A DNA stretch of 64,000 nt, from assembly GCA_047967505.1 (NCBI GenBank), contig CM106538.1. One strand, given 5' to 3'. The notes under the pieces were generated by a model, which was not told where the DNA came from, did no database searches, and was given only the letters and a program-made list of their open reading frames with translations. Numbering within the stretch: the first letter of the stretch is position 1; every line of letters starts with the position of its first letter. A program made the position numbers and the translations under genes. The DNA is from Dipteris shenzhenensis (Eukaryota). This document shows positions 1-13,328 of the stretch, one piece after another.

Positions 1-1211
1 TAGGGATTCGTTAATGTTTCTTGTAAGAAGCCCATTTTAAATGTCATGCTCGTAATGTTGGTTATTTCAAATGAACATTACTTAGATAAGAATGCATTTA
101 TTATTAAGATCACCATCATCACTATTATTATTATACTATGTAGTATTTCAAATTGCATAATAGAAGCTCCATGTGTAGATGGAATTGAAAAGAAAAATAC
201 TACTTTCATACCACGTGCCTAGGCAAAAAAAGTGCATAGCAATGTGTGAAGAGTGCAGATCTATATGTTTGCTGGTCTAGAAAGGATGGTTTTGAGTGAT
301 GAGCTAAATGAGAAGGGTACCTATAAGGTCTATTCTATTGAGTCGAGGAGAGTTACTTTATAATAACAGTGACTTGAAAGTCTATAATATGATAAGGTCG
401 AGGTTCCTTTCTAAGTAGTTTAGTCATGTGACTTACCAACACAGGAGAAAAGAAACCGCGGCTAATAATTGCAACATGTGAGCATGTTGAAGAGCCTTGG
501 AAAGGGAGTCCAAAGCCTATATTTATGTTGATAAGAAAACAATATGGCCTTAGAAAAGATATTGTATACTCACGTTTTTGGGGCGCTTTTAGACAAGACG
601 GTACTTGAGACACCCAATGGAGATTGCGAATCAAGTAGTATGTGGCTCTATTCTTGGTGGGACAAGGAAGAAAAGAAACCTACTTTTAACTGATTGCTCA
701 TGATAAAAAGAAGACCAGCAAAAGCCCATATTATACTAACTTTAATCATGAATGCCTGTTTCAAAATTAAGGCCATGCATGTTTGTTTCAAAATTCATGC
801 TTTCAACAAATTCATGTTTCTAAAAAAATCATGTTTTTCACAAATTCATGCCATGCATGTTTGTTTCAAAATTCCTATTTTTTAGACCCCAAATTGTTAG
901 TGCGAAAAAAAATGGGACTTGGGATTTTCCCATTTTTCCTAATATGGTCTTTTTGTGGTGTGCTTTCTAGTTGTGCCCTCTCTTCTCATTTCCACTCTTC
1001 TCCTCCCGTCTCTTCATATTTTGTCACAAGCCTATCATGTATTGTTGATATACACATACACTCAAGATTCTGTTTATGAGTCCAAGCTAATCAATCTTGG
1101 AACCTAATTGACTTGAGTTACATGTCATGAGCACTCTCTTCATCATGTTTACCCATAGGTTCCATCCACCTAAGAGCGCTCCATGGATCTTGAGGCACGC
1201 ATGTTTTCATA

Positions 1212-1860
1212 GAGGAGACCAAGTCTAATAAGAAAGTGGGCAAAAGGGCATTAGAGATTCGACTAGCACTCTCTTAAATAAATTTGAAGTCTGAAATTTT
1301 AGATAGACTTTCACATTGTCATGTTGACCATCAAAAACCAAGGAAATGTTCATATTTTTTTGGTGTGAAACCTTGAGTATGTATGACATGAAAGCTACAA
1401 AGAAAACAAGGGAATGGCCATCTGAGCTTTGCCACCTTACGAAATAATTTTGACTTCTAATTATTAGGAAGCCTTCCATTCAGCCGTTTGGACCATTGAA
1501 CCAAAGAAAATTTTCATATGTTTACTTTCTACAAGTGCAAATGATAAAACGCTATATGGTTTACAGGTTTGCCACGAACACCAAAACCCAAGTAGCTAGA
1601 GAAGGGACGTCGGCCATAATGCTAAGGATGAGGAATGAATCCTCCTCCTCCTCCTTCATGACATCCATGGACAACCCCAATGAGAGGGAGGGTGAAGGGG
1701 TGGTAGACACGTTGGGGGTCGGCCAAGGAGGCAAGGTGCGATAAGGGATGATGATGGTTGAAAAGATGATGATGATGATGAAACATAATAATCATAAGAA
1801 AGAGAGAAAAATGAGGGTTAGTTAAGGCATTGCAATGTTCATTGTGATGAAGAATTCCAC
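1212..1860. repeat. Diverged upstream duplicate of the region 5' of the MUB gene (copy of ~5290-6070)
   Basis: Long colinear matches, e.g. ggagaccaagtctaa..aaagtgggcaaaa, tttcacattgtcatgttgaccatcaaaaaccaaggaaatgttcat, acaagtgcaaatg, caaggtgcgatag/aggg, aaatgagggtta. Confidence 0.85.
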
Positions 1861-4464
1861 CTCTCATTCTACTCCTTACCATATGGTGAGGCTTGTTATG
1901 GTGAGTGACATCCTTATGGTGAGGCTCCTTACCATATACATTGATGTGATGTCGCACACTCGAGCTTTGATCTCTGGGTGCCTGCAGTCAATTATCTTCC
2001 ATCTTCCATATGACACAACAAGTTGACAATCTAATGTCGAGTCCCTCCGTCTTCTTTGTCTTTCCTCATCTTTTGATTACTCCACCTTTGCTTGTGTTAG
2101 CCAAATGGATAATCCTCCTTGGACACCAATTTTTGGATATCCTTGCATTGGGAGCCCTACAATCTGCCCACTGCAAGGTATGCTAGATGATGTCATGCAA
2201 GCACTAAAGAGGCATAGTGGCAATCCTCTGCATGCACTCAAAATGTGCGTGAATCTCATAGGCAAGCTTCTCTTCTTCTTCATCCTCCTTTCATGTTAAC
2301 AATCTCTTCCCTGGTCTTCTACTTCTCTCACCATCTCAATGTGACTCCTCTCTTGACATTACAAATAGTAGCAGGTGCTGTGTGAAGGGAGAAGGCGGAT
2401 CATGTGTGAAGATATTGGTGGATGCAAGCAAAATCATCTGCATGCATAAATTCAAGTACAAGGACAAAATTAATAGGCAAGCATGTATCATTTCACAATT
2501 TAAAGCATGCAATATGATATAGATTCATGCATATTTTGTTTTGATAGTTGGTTTCAATTTATATGCATGCAAAACAAAAAATGAAATGCATTAAAAGGAA
2601 AAATGACAAAAACCACGTGTCTCTTTTTGAGATATCTCAGGTACCTGCACCGTAAGAGTGGTCCCATCTAGCTCTTATGCCTTGTGAGCACAAGGGCCGA
2701 GGACTATTGTACAAGACAAGGTTGAGATTTATCTCTTGAATCAAAAGCATTGCAAAATGAGCCGATGGCTCCTTATATAGTTGAGGTGGTACTAGTACTA
2801 CCTATATGCACACTTGTAGCACTAGCAGTAGGCCTGCTACTGGTGGTAGCATCGTACTACCAATGATACTGGATAGTGTATCATTGGTAGAGTGCCGGTG
2901 GTTGAATTTGCACCTAGTTTTGCTAATGTAGTATTGCCTTTACCTCCAATACTATGCTATTTATCAATAGTAAGTGTCCTTGTATTGACGGTATAATTCG
3001 CTAGTACCATCGATGTATGTCAAAGTACCAATGGTAAGTTGGTTCTTGTTTTTGTCTTGGCCAGCAAATTTTTTTCCATTATTGCATGCATGAACTCATG
3101 AAAAGAATGTTCACGAATGTAAATCTCACAAAAAGTTGTGTAATTACATGAATATGCAATCCATGTGCTTGTCGTTCTCGCAATTGCATAATTGCATAAG
3201 ATTGTGATGGAAATGCTTAAATGTTAATATGACCAAGATTATCAATTTAGTGTCACGCTTATAAAGATCATGATGTGTATGATCAACTTGCTTGAAAATA
3301 CTACTACAACTTGCAATTTCTTGTTTGATTTCTCTCTTAAGATAGAAATTGCCTATGTCAAACTCCATGACTAGAAATGAATGAGGTATGAGGTTAAGAT
3401 AGTGATAATAATAAATCTATCCATGCCATCGTAATGCTTGCATAAGATTTTGGGTGGTCTACAAGTCAAATGCGCTCATTTATTTACATCTTGAAAGCAA
3501 GAGAGATCTTTTGTACTCACCAAGATTCATATGTGATGTTCGTGAGGGGTAATTGGGGACACACAACTAGACAATATAAGGGGTTGATCCAGGTGGGTAG
3601 AATTGCTACCTTTGGAGCTTGCTTGGAGGTGAAATAAGCTCTCTAATGATCCACATGGGACCTCATGGATCACTGTGCCATTTACAAAAAATATGGGATC
3701 AGTAGAACCCTTACATGATATTGTTGTCCCATATGTGACATTGTGGATCCCAATAGGACCTTGTGGATGCTAATGGGTTCTAGCCAATCACTTTATTGAA
3801 TTAAAAAATGACGATAAGTTAAAAGAACATGTAGGTAGTTTGAAAATTCATCCTAAATCTCAATGGTGTCAGGGTATACTTTGTGATGTGGGAAACTACA
3901 AAAACTCTTTGGGAGATCTACAAGCCTTTTCCTCCTTTTAAACATAATTGCCAACTTGTATAGTTTTGATCTAGCTTTCAGTTGTAGGAGGTCATCATTA
4001 TGAGTTTTCCAAAAGATGACTATATTTTCTTATATTTTGAGGGAACAATCTTGTGCCATGCAATTTACAAGAGGAGCATTATCAATAACATAGTCAAGGT
4101 ACCAATAACCTCAAGCACTTTTAGCATGTAAAGATAGAGTGCACATGGATAAAATAGTTAATTAAGTATTAAAGTGAATGCATTGGGATAATATGCATTG
4201 GGATAATATGCAAAATGATAAGGTTAAAAATCAAGTTGCAATTGCACATGGGTGGCTAAGACTTAGCATGTAATCTTTGGTATGTGAGACTTTCATAACA
4301 AGTGGACTTTAGATGTACAAGTGATAAAGGGATGGAGGGGGTCTCTTTTGGACCCATGGACACGAATGAATTACAAAACAAGGAGAAAGAGTTGATGGTA
4401 ACAAGTCATGTCATATTTGGTGAAAGAATTAGTGTATTGTCATGGAAAGTTAAGAATATTTTCT

Positions 4465-4760
4465 TGGGGGTCAAGAGGCTCTTTGTTGAAACAAAGAATT
4501 ATAATGTATTCTTCAAACTTTGAGGTGTCCTATGTATCATTTGAAAAATAGATTTTAGTGTGCTCCGTTGGTATAAAGAGTTATGCATATGAACTTTTGG
4601 CACATGCTTTATAAGGTAAAAGTTCAAGAGACTCTTTGTTGAAACAAAGAATCATAATCTATTCTTCAAACTTTGGAGTGTCCTATGTGTCATATAAAAA
4701 CCAAAACTTAGTGTGGTCCTTCAGTATTGAGAGCTATGCATATGAAGTTTTGCCATGTGG
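4465..4760. repeat. Tandem duplication, ~150-160 bp unit x2
   Basis: tcaagag(g/a)ctctttgttgaaacaaagaat...ttcttcaaactt...gtgtcctatgt...tatgcatatgaa occurs at ~4471 and ~4624. Confidence 0.85.
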
Positions 4761-5669
4761 TTTTATTTGGCTAGTCCAAAGCCATTTTGCTTTTTAGTAT
4801 GAGAAGACATTTTCAAGCCATCATGAACTTGCTATATTGACTTGTTGTGAAAGTTGGGTGTCCATTCTTTTGGAAGAAATAATAGCAAGCTTGTCTCGTC
4901 ATAATTAGGTGAGCCCCATAACTTTGAGGTAGAGGGTATGTGCTCATAGCAACCTTATCTCATTGCAAATTAATTGAGCCCCATAACTTCGAGGTAGAGG
5001 AATGCGGTCATAGCTATTTTAATGTAAGCATCTTTCTCCCTTGATTAATGTGCAAGTCATGAGAAGTTAAAATGCTAAACATAAGAGCTGTGTAGTTGGT
5101 AACTTTTGAAACATCCAATTGTCCAAGATTTTATGATGCACTCAAAACCTCATGGTGCTTGTGTTTTGTAGACACCAATGTTATGCAACTCGAGGTTGAG
5201 GGGGGAGGGCATTCAAATAAGTGACAAGTCAACGAAATTGTTATTGAGGGAGCAAAATTTTCAAGATTATATATGTTATCACCTTAAGGAGGAGACCAAG
5301 TCTAAGAAGAAAGTGGGCAAAAAGGTATAAGAGATTTGACTACCACTCCATTTCACATTGTCATGTTGACCATCAAAAACCAAGGAAATGTTCATATTCT
5401 TTTGGTGTGAAACCTTGAGCATGAATGGTGTGCAAGCTACAAAGAACGCAGGGGAATGACCATTTGAGCTTTGCCACCTTATGAAATAATTTTGACTTCT
5501 AAATATTTGGTAGCCTTCCATTCAGCCATTTGGACCATTGAACTAGAGAAAACTTTCATACTTTTGTTGAGAAGCCCCAAAAAATATTTCCTTGATTTTG
5601 CAAAATTTGCAAAATTTCAGGCAATTCAGCTATATATATGTTATAGCTGAAAAATCTGCAAAAAACTTC

Positions 5670-6560
5670 GAAATACGAGAACCGCGAGTTTTGTGATTTG
5701 CTGAGAAAGAAAGTGTTGTGTCGACTTTCCACAAGTGCAAATGGTAAAGCGTTCTATACAGATTACAGGCACCGAAACTCGAGGAGCCAGAGAAGCGAAG
5801 GCGGCGACCATAGGGGCAGGCGAGGGGCGAGGAAGGAATCGTGGCGAGCTCCGGGATGTATGTACAAACATATTACATACAAATGTACATGGGGCAAAAA
5901 ACCCGAACAAAATGAGAGGGGAAGGATGAAGGGGCGGCAGACACGTGGGGGGACGGCAGGTGAGGCCACGTGTGCAAGGTGCGATAGGGGAATGGGGATG
6001 ATGATGATGATGAAGAGAAATGAGGGTTAATTTGAAGGCATTTGTAATGTTCGTTGTTTTGATGATGAAGATGATGATGATGATGATGACTTCTTCTCGA
6101 ATTCCCTCCTCCTCCATCGCTCCTCCTCCGACTCAGGTTTCATCTCCTCCCCTTTCCTCACCAATTCCCTTCTTCTCCTCTTTTGCTTTTCGATTTCATC
6201 CCTCATCCTCAAATTGCTTACGCCTTCTGCTTCCCGCTTCCCTTTCCAACCCTCTTTTTGGCGCCCCCGTCCTTGCTTGCCTGCTTTTGTTTTTGGGCAG
6301 TTTCCCTTACAGGGCCGCCATTCGTTTTCCACCTTCGCCTCGCTTACCTCCGCCCCATCGCTGCATAGGGTGTCCGGTGCATCGCCTCATGTTCTGAACT
6401 CGTATCCTGTAGCAGTCTTATATTTCATTGTTATCAGTAAGTTGGGCGTGGCCTTTCGGCTTATTTCGTATGCTGGAGCAGGACGTCGAATGACTTGAAT
6501 TCTTGAATCGCTCTTCACAATGACGTGCGCCCACAAAACCAGAGATTTGATACTAGGTTA
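5670..6560 (+). promoter_or_regulatory. CpG-rich putative promoter and 5' UTR exon of the MUB gene
   Basis: Local CpG enrichment in an otherwise CpG-poor window; pyrimidine-rich leader at ~6090-6360; candidate donor AG|GTTAGG at 6557; acceptor ttttccag at 12158 just upstream of the ATG. Exact TSS unknown. Confidence 0.45.
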
Positions 6561-8059
6561 GGACCTCTAAAAGGATGTCATATCGTTGAATTCTTTCCGT
6601 AGTACCAGGCAGTCGAGTTTATTAGGGCGGGCAGCGAAGAAATCTTATCTGGCGGGTTTACCATAATGCAGGATCAAATGAGGCTTTGCTAGCGTAAACT
6701 GGTCGACAAGTACCTGGGGTGTCTGTGTGTGTTTCTGAAGAACCTTATATCTGACACGCTTTAAAGAAAATTGTGCGAGTAATGACACATGCCATGTGCT
6801 AATATGGAGGTTTTTGTAAATATGTGGTCAGCCCTTTTCATTGTTAAACAACTTCCAATGCCTGCGAACACATAGAACATGTTCACATTTGCTCTTGTAT
6901 CTCACAATTCCACTGAGAAAGTGCTTTGCATTGTATGCATTCCCGATCTCACGTTTTTGTTTCTGCCCCAATAACGAGAATGGACATTTGTACCTTCATT
7001 TTTTATCTGAATGGTGCTAAAATGAACTAGCTTGTAACTAGATTTTGGGAAGCTACACTAGACACACAGATTTTTACAATATTGAGGTTTTTCTCGCGTT
7101 TGAAACTTGTTCTACTTGATGTATATAATTGTTTTTGTCTTTAGTAGTGCTAGTGTCCTGCATATTAGCACTCTTTTCTTTTGCAGAGGTGTTTAAGCGC
7201 TTTGGCCTTAAGCTTTTTGATTTGGAAGATATTTAAATACTAACATGACTTAGCCCGTGTTTTTACAGGCGGTTGTGCTTTCAATGAAAGTATCTTTTGA
7301 TTCAAGCGTCTCCATAAAGGAGTTTGTAGTAGCTAGTCTGTCCTATACCTGATGATCGTAAATTTCTAGCTTTGTTATGAGTATCATAAGATAAGATTGC
7401 ACCCCCAAGAAAAAGGAAGACATGATGAATAGGGCACATGCATGTCGTTCATTTCAGATGTGTTTACAATAAATGTTCTGCAGCCATGTCTGCCAAGCAA
7501 TTTTGTGGAATAGCAATCTCGCCATTGCTATTTGTTTTTTGCCAAGAGAGTAGACTGTATAAGCACGTCCAGCCCTGCATACTTCTTGGGCTGATGATTG
7601 ACGTTCGATGCCTAATTTTGTGATATCTGATTGATACTAGTATAAGCTAGCTTGTTACAGTAGTTTTACAAAGGAATATCAGATACCTCTTGGTATAGAT
7701 GATAACATCAGGTTCTTCTCCTTGTTATGAAACACTTTCTATGTTGCAGTTAGCTTGCTGTCATTTGCAAAGCTCTGACAGAAATTCAATTTATGTTCTT
7801 CTGTAAGCAGAGAGGGTTGCATTTGTGAGAGCATGTTGAGGTGTCATGTACATGTTGGCATGCTGCTGAAATCAATGGCGGGGATTTAATTAGTTGATCA
7901 CGTTCTTGGATTCATAGAGTGGATGTGCTGATATTACCTTCGGAAATTTTCTATGCAAGTCTTGACACTCTAATATACTCAAAATCTTGCTACTTTTCAT
8001 GGTGCGAGTGTCCTATTAATTAACATGTTATACGATGCTTAGAGTTCTTGCAATATGCA

Positions 8060-10450
8060 TGAGAACAACTATACGCAACATGCATATGGACTACCTTTGA
8101 GGGCGGTACACTTGTATGCTTGCTGAGTTGGCTTCTCAATCGCCAAGTGCACAAAGAATACAACTGAGCCACTAGATTGGAGATGCAATGAATTCCAAGT
8201 GAAGGACCTCCTTGGAGTGAACCAAGAAGCTGAGCTGCTCGCGAAACAGGAAGCCAATGGAAAATGAGGGGTCACACTTTTTTGTTAGAGCTTTGAACTT
8301 GTGCTGGCTGCCCGATTGGAAGAAGGATAGATTGGTGTCAGCTAGTCTAATTCTGATTGATCATTGGATAGAGAACTGCTCTTCTAGTGCTTGTGGGTAT
8401 TGAGGTGGTAGAAACCTCTCAGCAATGGTTGTCTTTGTCATACTTTTACCTCTATAAAGGTGCATTGATACAAGGAGACATGGTTCAGTGGCTTTTTATC
8501 GACAACTTGGAAGTAGCTATTAAATTGATTAAGTACCTAGTGAGAAGATAGTAAAAGGGGGGGCAATGGCGACTCAATTAACGTCAATAGTGGGAATGGG
8601 AGCAATGACGACAGACACCACAACTCTAAAAGAAGGTTAGGTAGTTACCTTGGGCCACAACAAGAAGAACAAAGAAAACCTTTCGAAAGGCAAGGCAATA
8701 GGAGGTACTTTTTTACTTGAGGCATTCTAGCTTGAGGATCAATGCTGTGGTGACCAACGAGATTGAGCAATAGGCCCAAGGAGAGGCTTTTATTATACAT
8801 AAAGAGAGGGTTCTAGATACAAGACTCATATGGAGGAAGCAAGCTTGTCTATTCCTTGGCAACACTTCAGATTTTGTTTGGTCCACCATATTTCAAGATT
8901 CGAAGTTGGAATCCTTGCAGCTGGATCCTTTAGGATGTTTTAGGGCTTGGTGGAAAACCTCTTACTGTAGTAGATCGCTTAAGCGAATCTGTCATATGGT
9001 TCCTTGCAAGTTGATAGTGACTTCTGACAAGATAGCTAGGCTTTTCATTGTTTGTATCCAAGTTGTGGACCTCTGCGTTCCCTAGTGTTGCACAGATTCA
9101 AAATTAACTAGTCAGTTTTGGAGGGCATTGTTTGACGCCTTTCTCACCAAGCCGGATTTCTGTAGTTGATTCCATCTCGAATCTGATGGATAAAGAGAGG
9201 GCTCTAGATACAGGACTCATAGGGAGGAAGTTTTTGGATCCTATGGGTAGATTAATGGCCATGCGGCACAATGGACAGCACAATGGCCAAGCAAGCTTGT
9301 CTATTCCTTGGCAACACTTCAGATTCTGTTTGATCCACAATATTCCAAGTTGGAATCCTTGCAGCTGGATCCTTTAGGAGGTTTTAGGGCTTGGTGGAAA
9401 ACGCTTACTGTAGTAGATTGCTTAAGCGAATCTGTCATGTGGTTCCTTGCAATTTGATAGTGACATCTGATGAGATAGCTAAGGCTTTTCATCCATTGTT
9501 TGTATCCAAGTTGTGGACCTCTGCGTTCCCTAGTGTTGCACAGATTCAAAATTAACTAGTGAGTTTTGGAGGGCATTGCTTGACGCCTTTCGCACCAAGC
9601 CGAATTTCAGTAGTTGATTCCATCTCGAATCTGATGGACAAAGAGAGATGCTCAGCTTGCATCTGATGTATTGAAGCTAGCGAGCATTAGAGTAGTTTGG
9701 AGGGGTATCTGTCTTTGCTTCAAGGCAGTTTGATTTATTTTTTCCTTATGCAATTGGAAGAAACCCTTTATAGAAAAAGTCTATCAAGCATAGAAGATAC
9801 TAGAGAATTATGAGTAGGTGATTTGAGTCTGTTAAACATAGTATTGTCCAAGGTGCAAGAGCCACTGCAAGTTAATAAGCATATGATATGATACATGCAG
9901 CTATTCAAAAGGAGATTGAATGTACCTGTGAGTCATTAAACAAGGCTATGCACATGCATCCAGTTTTCCATGGGGAATAGCTGAAGATGTACACTGGAGA
10001 GGAGGTGAACGATGCTGAACCGCTGGAGCTTATACATGAGGGAGAGGCGTTGAGGTCTGAACAGATTCTTTGCATGACATTAATTACAGACCGACCTGCA
10101 GTTTTCAACGATACAAGCTCACAAAGCCATTTGGTCTGGCGAGAGATTTTCGATGTCTGTCCCAACCTCCTTAGCATGTACAAGGAGACCATGCATTTGA
10201 CCTGATCCTTTTTAGAATTATGCAGAAGGAGATGTCACATGGACATGCCTGCTACCTACCTTTTTGTAAATGCATAGTAGTCTAGGAAAGAAATCACAGT
10301 GGAAGAGGCCTTAGCCTAGAGCATGTAGTTGCATAGAAGATCTTTGAGAGCATGGAAGGCTCCCAAGTTTCCATTTGTGTCAAAGTGAGTTCTTGCTCTC
10401 CCGATCACAATGCAGCAGTCGGCATGTTGATTAGATATGGGAGCCAAGAG
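8060..10450 (+). mobile_element. Degenerate Ty3/Gypsy remnant (integrase-core fragments, internally duplicated) in the MUB 5' intron
   Basis: Integrase-like fragments LTVVDRLS and DSKLTSQFWRALFDA occur in two copies (~8840-9200 and ~9290-9650); the segment at ~8080-8350 recurs at ~11370-11880. Confidence 0.55.
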
Positions 10451-10868
10451 ATTGTAACATGCCCCATATTGTCAGTAGGAGTCAGAGTCAGAATCATGCA
10501 GCCCATGGGATAGCCACTCTGAGACAGGCAAGTCAACCTTTAACAGTGCCACTAACAGGTGACTATGGCAGCCCAATGGGCAAGTGAGCTTGCCATCTGT
10601 AAGTAGGCAACTTCCTTGAGGCTTGTGGCTAACCCTACTTGTGTACTTAGCTTTGTGCACGGAGTAGTTTGGTTGAGAAAGGCATCCCTAGCGCATTAGG
10701 GGAGTTCAGTTTACCTACAGTGAGGAGGCTTGGTGCTGCAGCTCTGGGTCCAACATTTGGTGATCTTTTTGGTGGAATTGTCAAGCTTTTGTACTTTCAG
10801 CTTTGTGCACCAACATTGAGATGCTCTGCCCTGTAGGCAGGAGATGTTGCAGCCCATACAATGGCGGT

Positions 10869-10931
<63 letters not shown>

Positions 10932-12286
10932 GCTCGCAGGCATGCACGCATGCTCACTTGCACATATGCGCGCGCAGTGTCCCTTATTTCACATAAGCGT
11001 CCGCTTTTTTTCTTTAAATTTAACATGAGCAGCATGGAATTAGAAGCATAGTGTCTTCACTCTTATTACACATCTATAAAATTGGTCATAAACGGTTTTC
11101 CCCCCAAAGAGAATAGGCTTCGTCCTGCATTTGGTGTCATGGAGAACTAAAGATCAGTGTCTAATGGGGAATGTGCTAAAATTCATTCACACTGTGAGGA
11201 AGGGGGGTGGTATGAGTTTATTCTCTCAAACCGGTCCCTTCTCCAAGACTGACTTACCCCTAGGGTGGACCTTTCCATTCATACTTTGCAGACGAAAATT
11301 GTGCGCCCCATGATCTAAACATGCTCTGAGACCTATGTAACATGCATCATATCTATGTTTCCCAACTCAACTACATGGACTACTTCTGACAACGGAAGAC
11401 GTCCATGTACGCTAACTACTATGGCCTTTGCCTTGGCCTTAGAATACAACTGAGCCACTAGGGCTGGCGATACATGGAATACAACTGAAGGTCCTCCTTT
11501 GAGTGAACCAGGCAGCTGAGTTGCTGCTTGCTGCTGCTGTAGTGGATGCAGATGGAATCTTTCGAAACTCAGATGGCAGCTTATGCTTGGGTACTGATGA
11601 GAACATAAGTGTAGCTTTGCTTACTAAGTTCCTTTTCTTCTTTTTTATTTTTCTCATTTACTCATTTCTTTTAAATATTTTTCCTTTGTTTTTTTGCTTG
11701 TGCTATAAAAAACTTAATCTGTAAGATTGGATGTATTCTAGTTTTATGAAGGTATATTGCAACTACCAAATGCTCAACAAAACTGGGCTTGAACCCTCCT
11801 TTTCATGACTGTGAACCCCTGCTGGCTTGCTGACTGGAAGAGGATAGACAGTCGGACTTCAGGTGTCACTGGCTGTCTCTAAGGGGAGCCTGTTCTTGTA
11901 TTGCTAAGTGGGCTGAACAGATCTAGCTGACCCTTACTGCCCCTGCTATTGGCCAACTGGCTCCATTTAAGCCTGTAACATGCTGCTCTGCTGTTATGTC
12001 CTGCCAGAGATGCCCTCCTGCGTGCCCCCGCTCCCCCCTCCCCCGTCTCTCTCTCTCTCTCGCTCTCTCTTAATGTTTATTTCTAACCTTTGTTTTTCAT
12101 TCTATTTTTATAAGTTTTAATAAACGATGACAAGCTTGCCCGTTCAATTTTTTTCCAGGGTTAGTACCAGGCTTGTTGTAGTGATTGGTGCAGACCTGGG
12201 GTTTGAGAAATTCAGCACTCAGAATTACAAAACACTTTATACAAAATTGTGAAGTGAGATCTTGATCAGCTGATTGAGAAAAAGAG

Positions 12287-12416
12287 ATGGCAGTTGAGGA
12301 GCTATTGGAGTTGAAATTTCGACTGTATGATGGAACCGACATTGGTCCCATCAAGTATGCTCCTGCCACAACCATCACAAAGTTGAAAGAGAGTATTCTC
12401 GCACAGTGGCCCAAAG
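12287..12416 (+). CDS. MUB: Membrane-anchored ubiquitin-fold protein, coding exon 1
   Basis: MAVEELLELKFRLYDGTDIGPIKYAPATTITKLKESILAQWPK, then GT donor at 12417; typical plant MUB N-terminus (ELKFRLxDGxDIGP...QWPK). Confidence 0.95.
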
Positions 12417-12584
12417 GTATTTACCTTTTAAATGACATTTAGTATCATATTCTTCAGGTTTCTCTGTTTTTCTACCATCCGTTTCTTTTCTTTACATAAG
12501 TCACATAATTCAGTGTGATCTGCTTGTTTGGTAGTGAATGCTTGGATTATTGTTTAAGCATTATTCTTTTCTCACTTTATTCAG

Positions 12585-12755
12585 AGAAGGAGAGTAGTCC
12601 CAGATCGATCAATGATCTGAAATTGATCAATGCTGGGAAAATTCTGGAGAACAGCAAAACACTTGCAGAATCTAGGGTACCTGTGGGAGAGATTCCTGGC
12701 GGTGTTATCACTATGCATGTGGTGGTGCGGCCACCCGCTTTAGACAAGGGTCTTG
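12585..12755 (+). CDS. MUB: MUB coding exon 2
   Basis: AG acceptor at 12583-84; EKESSPRSINDLKLINAGKILENSKTLAESRVPVGEIPGGVITMHVVVRPP; GT donor at 12756. Confidence 0.95.
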
Positions 12756-13328
12756 GTACGTGCTAAGCACACACCATGGTGAAAGCAACCTTTATTTTTC
12801 TCAATGCAATGCTGGAAAATAAGCCACCTTTTCTTCATTCCGTCTTAGTTTTTAAGATTTCTTCAGTAAGCAATAATCACCAAGTCATTCATTTTAATAC
12901 TGTGTAGATTTTTTTGATGGGACAGAGAATCCCTTAAGCTTTGCTTGGTTGAGTGCCCATTTTTACAAATTTTGTTTGATGCTACATATAAAGTGGGGCT
13001 GCTTTCCTTATTATATTATTTTGGGATTTGATTAATTTTACCTTATACTTGTTCACAGTTAGTCAATTTTTTTGTCCGTAACAAATCCATGGTTGCTGAA
13101 GGTCAAGAAAGGTGTTTAAGATGGACAACTCATGTAGAGGTTATCCATGTATATCTGTCCGTACCTTTGAGCGTGGGAGAATCTACAGTTAGAATGTGCA
13201 GTTTATGGTTTTGGAGATACCGGATACCTGAACAGAGGGACTGTTATATCCTGCCTTCGAAGTTGTGGGTCAATTTGTTGTGCGTGTGTGTGTGTGTGTC
13301 TCTTTCTCTCTCTCTCTCTCTCTCTCTC

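Noticed and set aside
5641-6498. Overlapping 60-158 aa ORFs near the MUB promoter
   Set aside because: Low-complexity GC-rich leader sequence with (GAT)n; no protein family signal.
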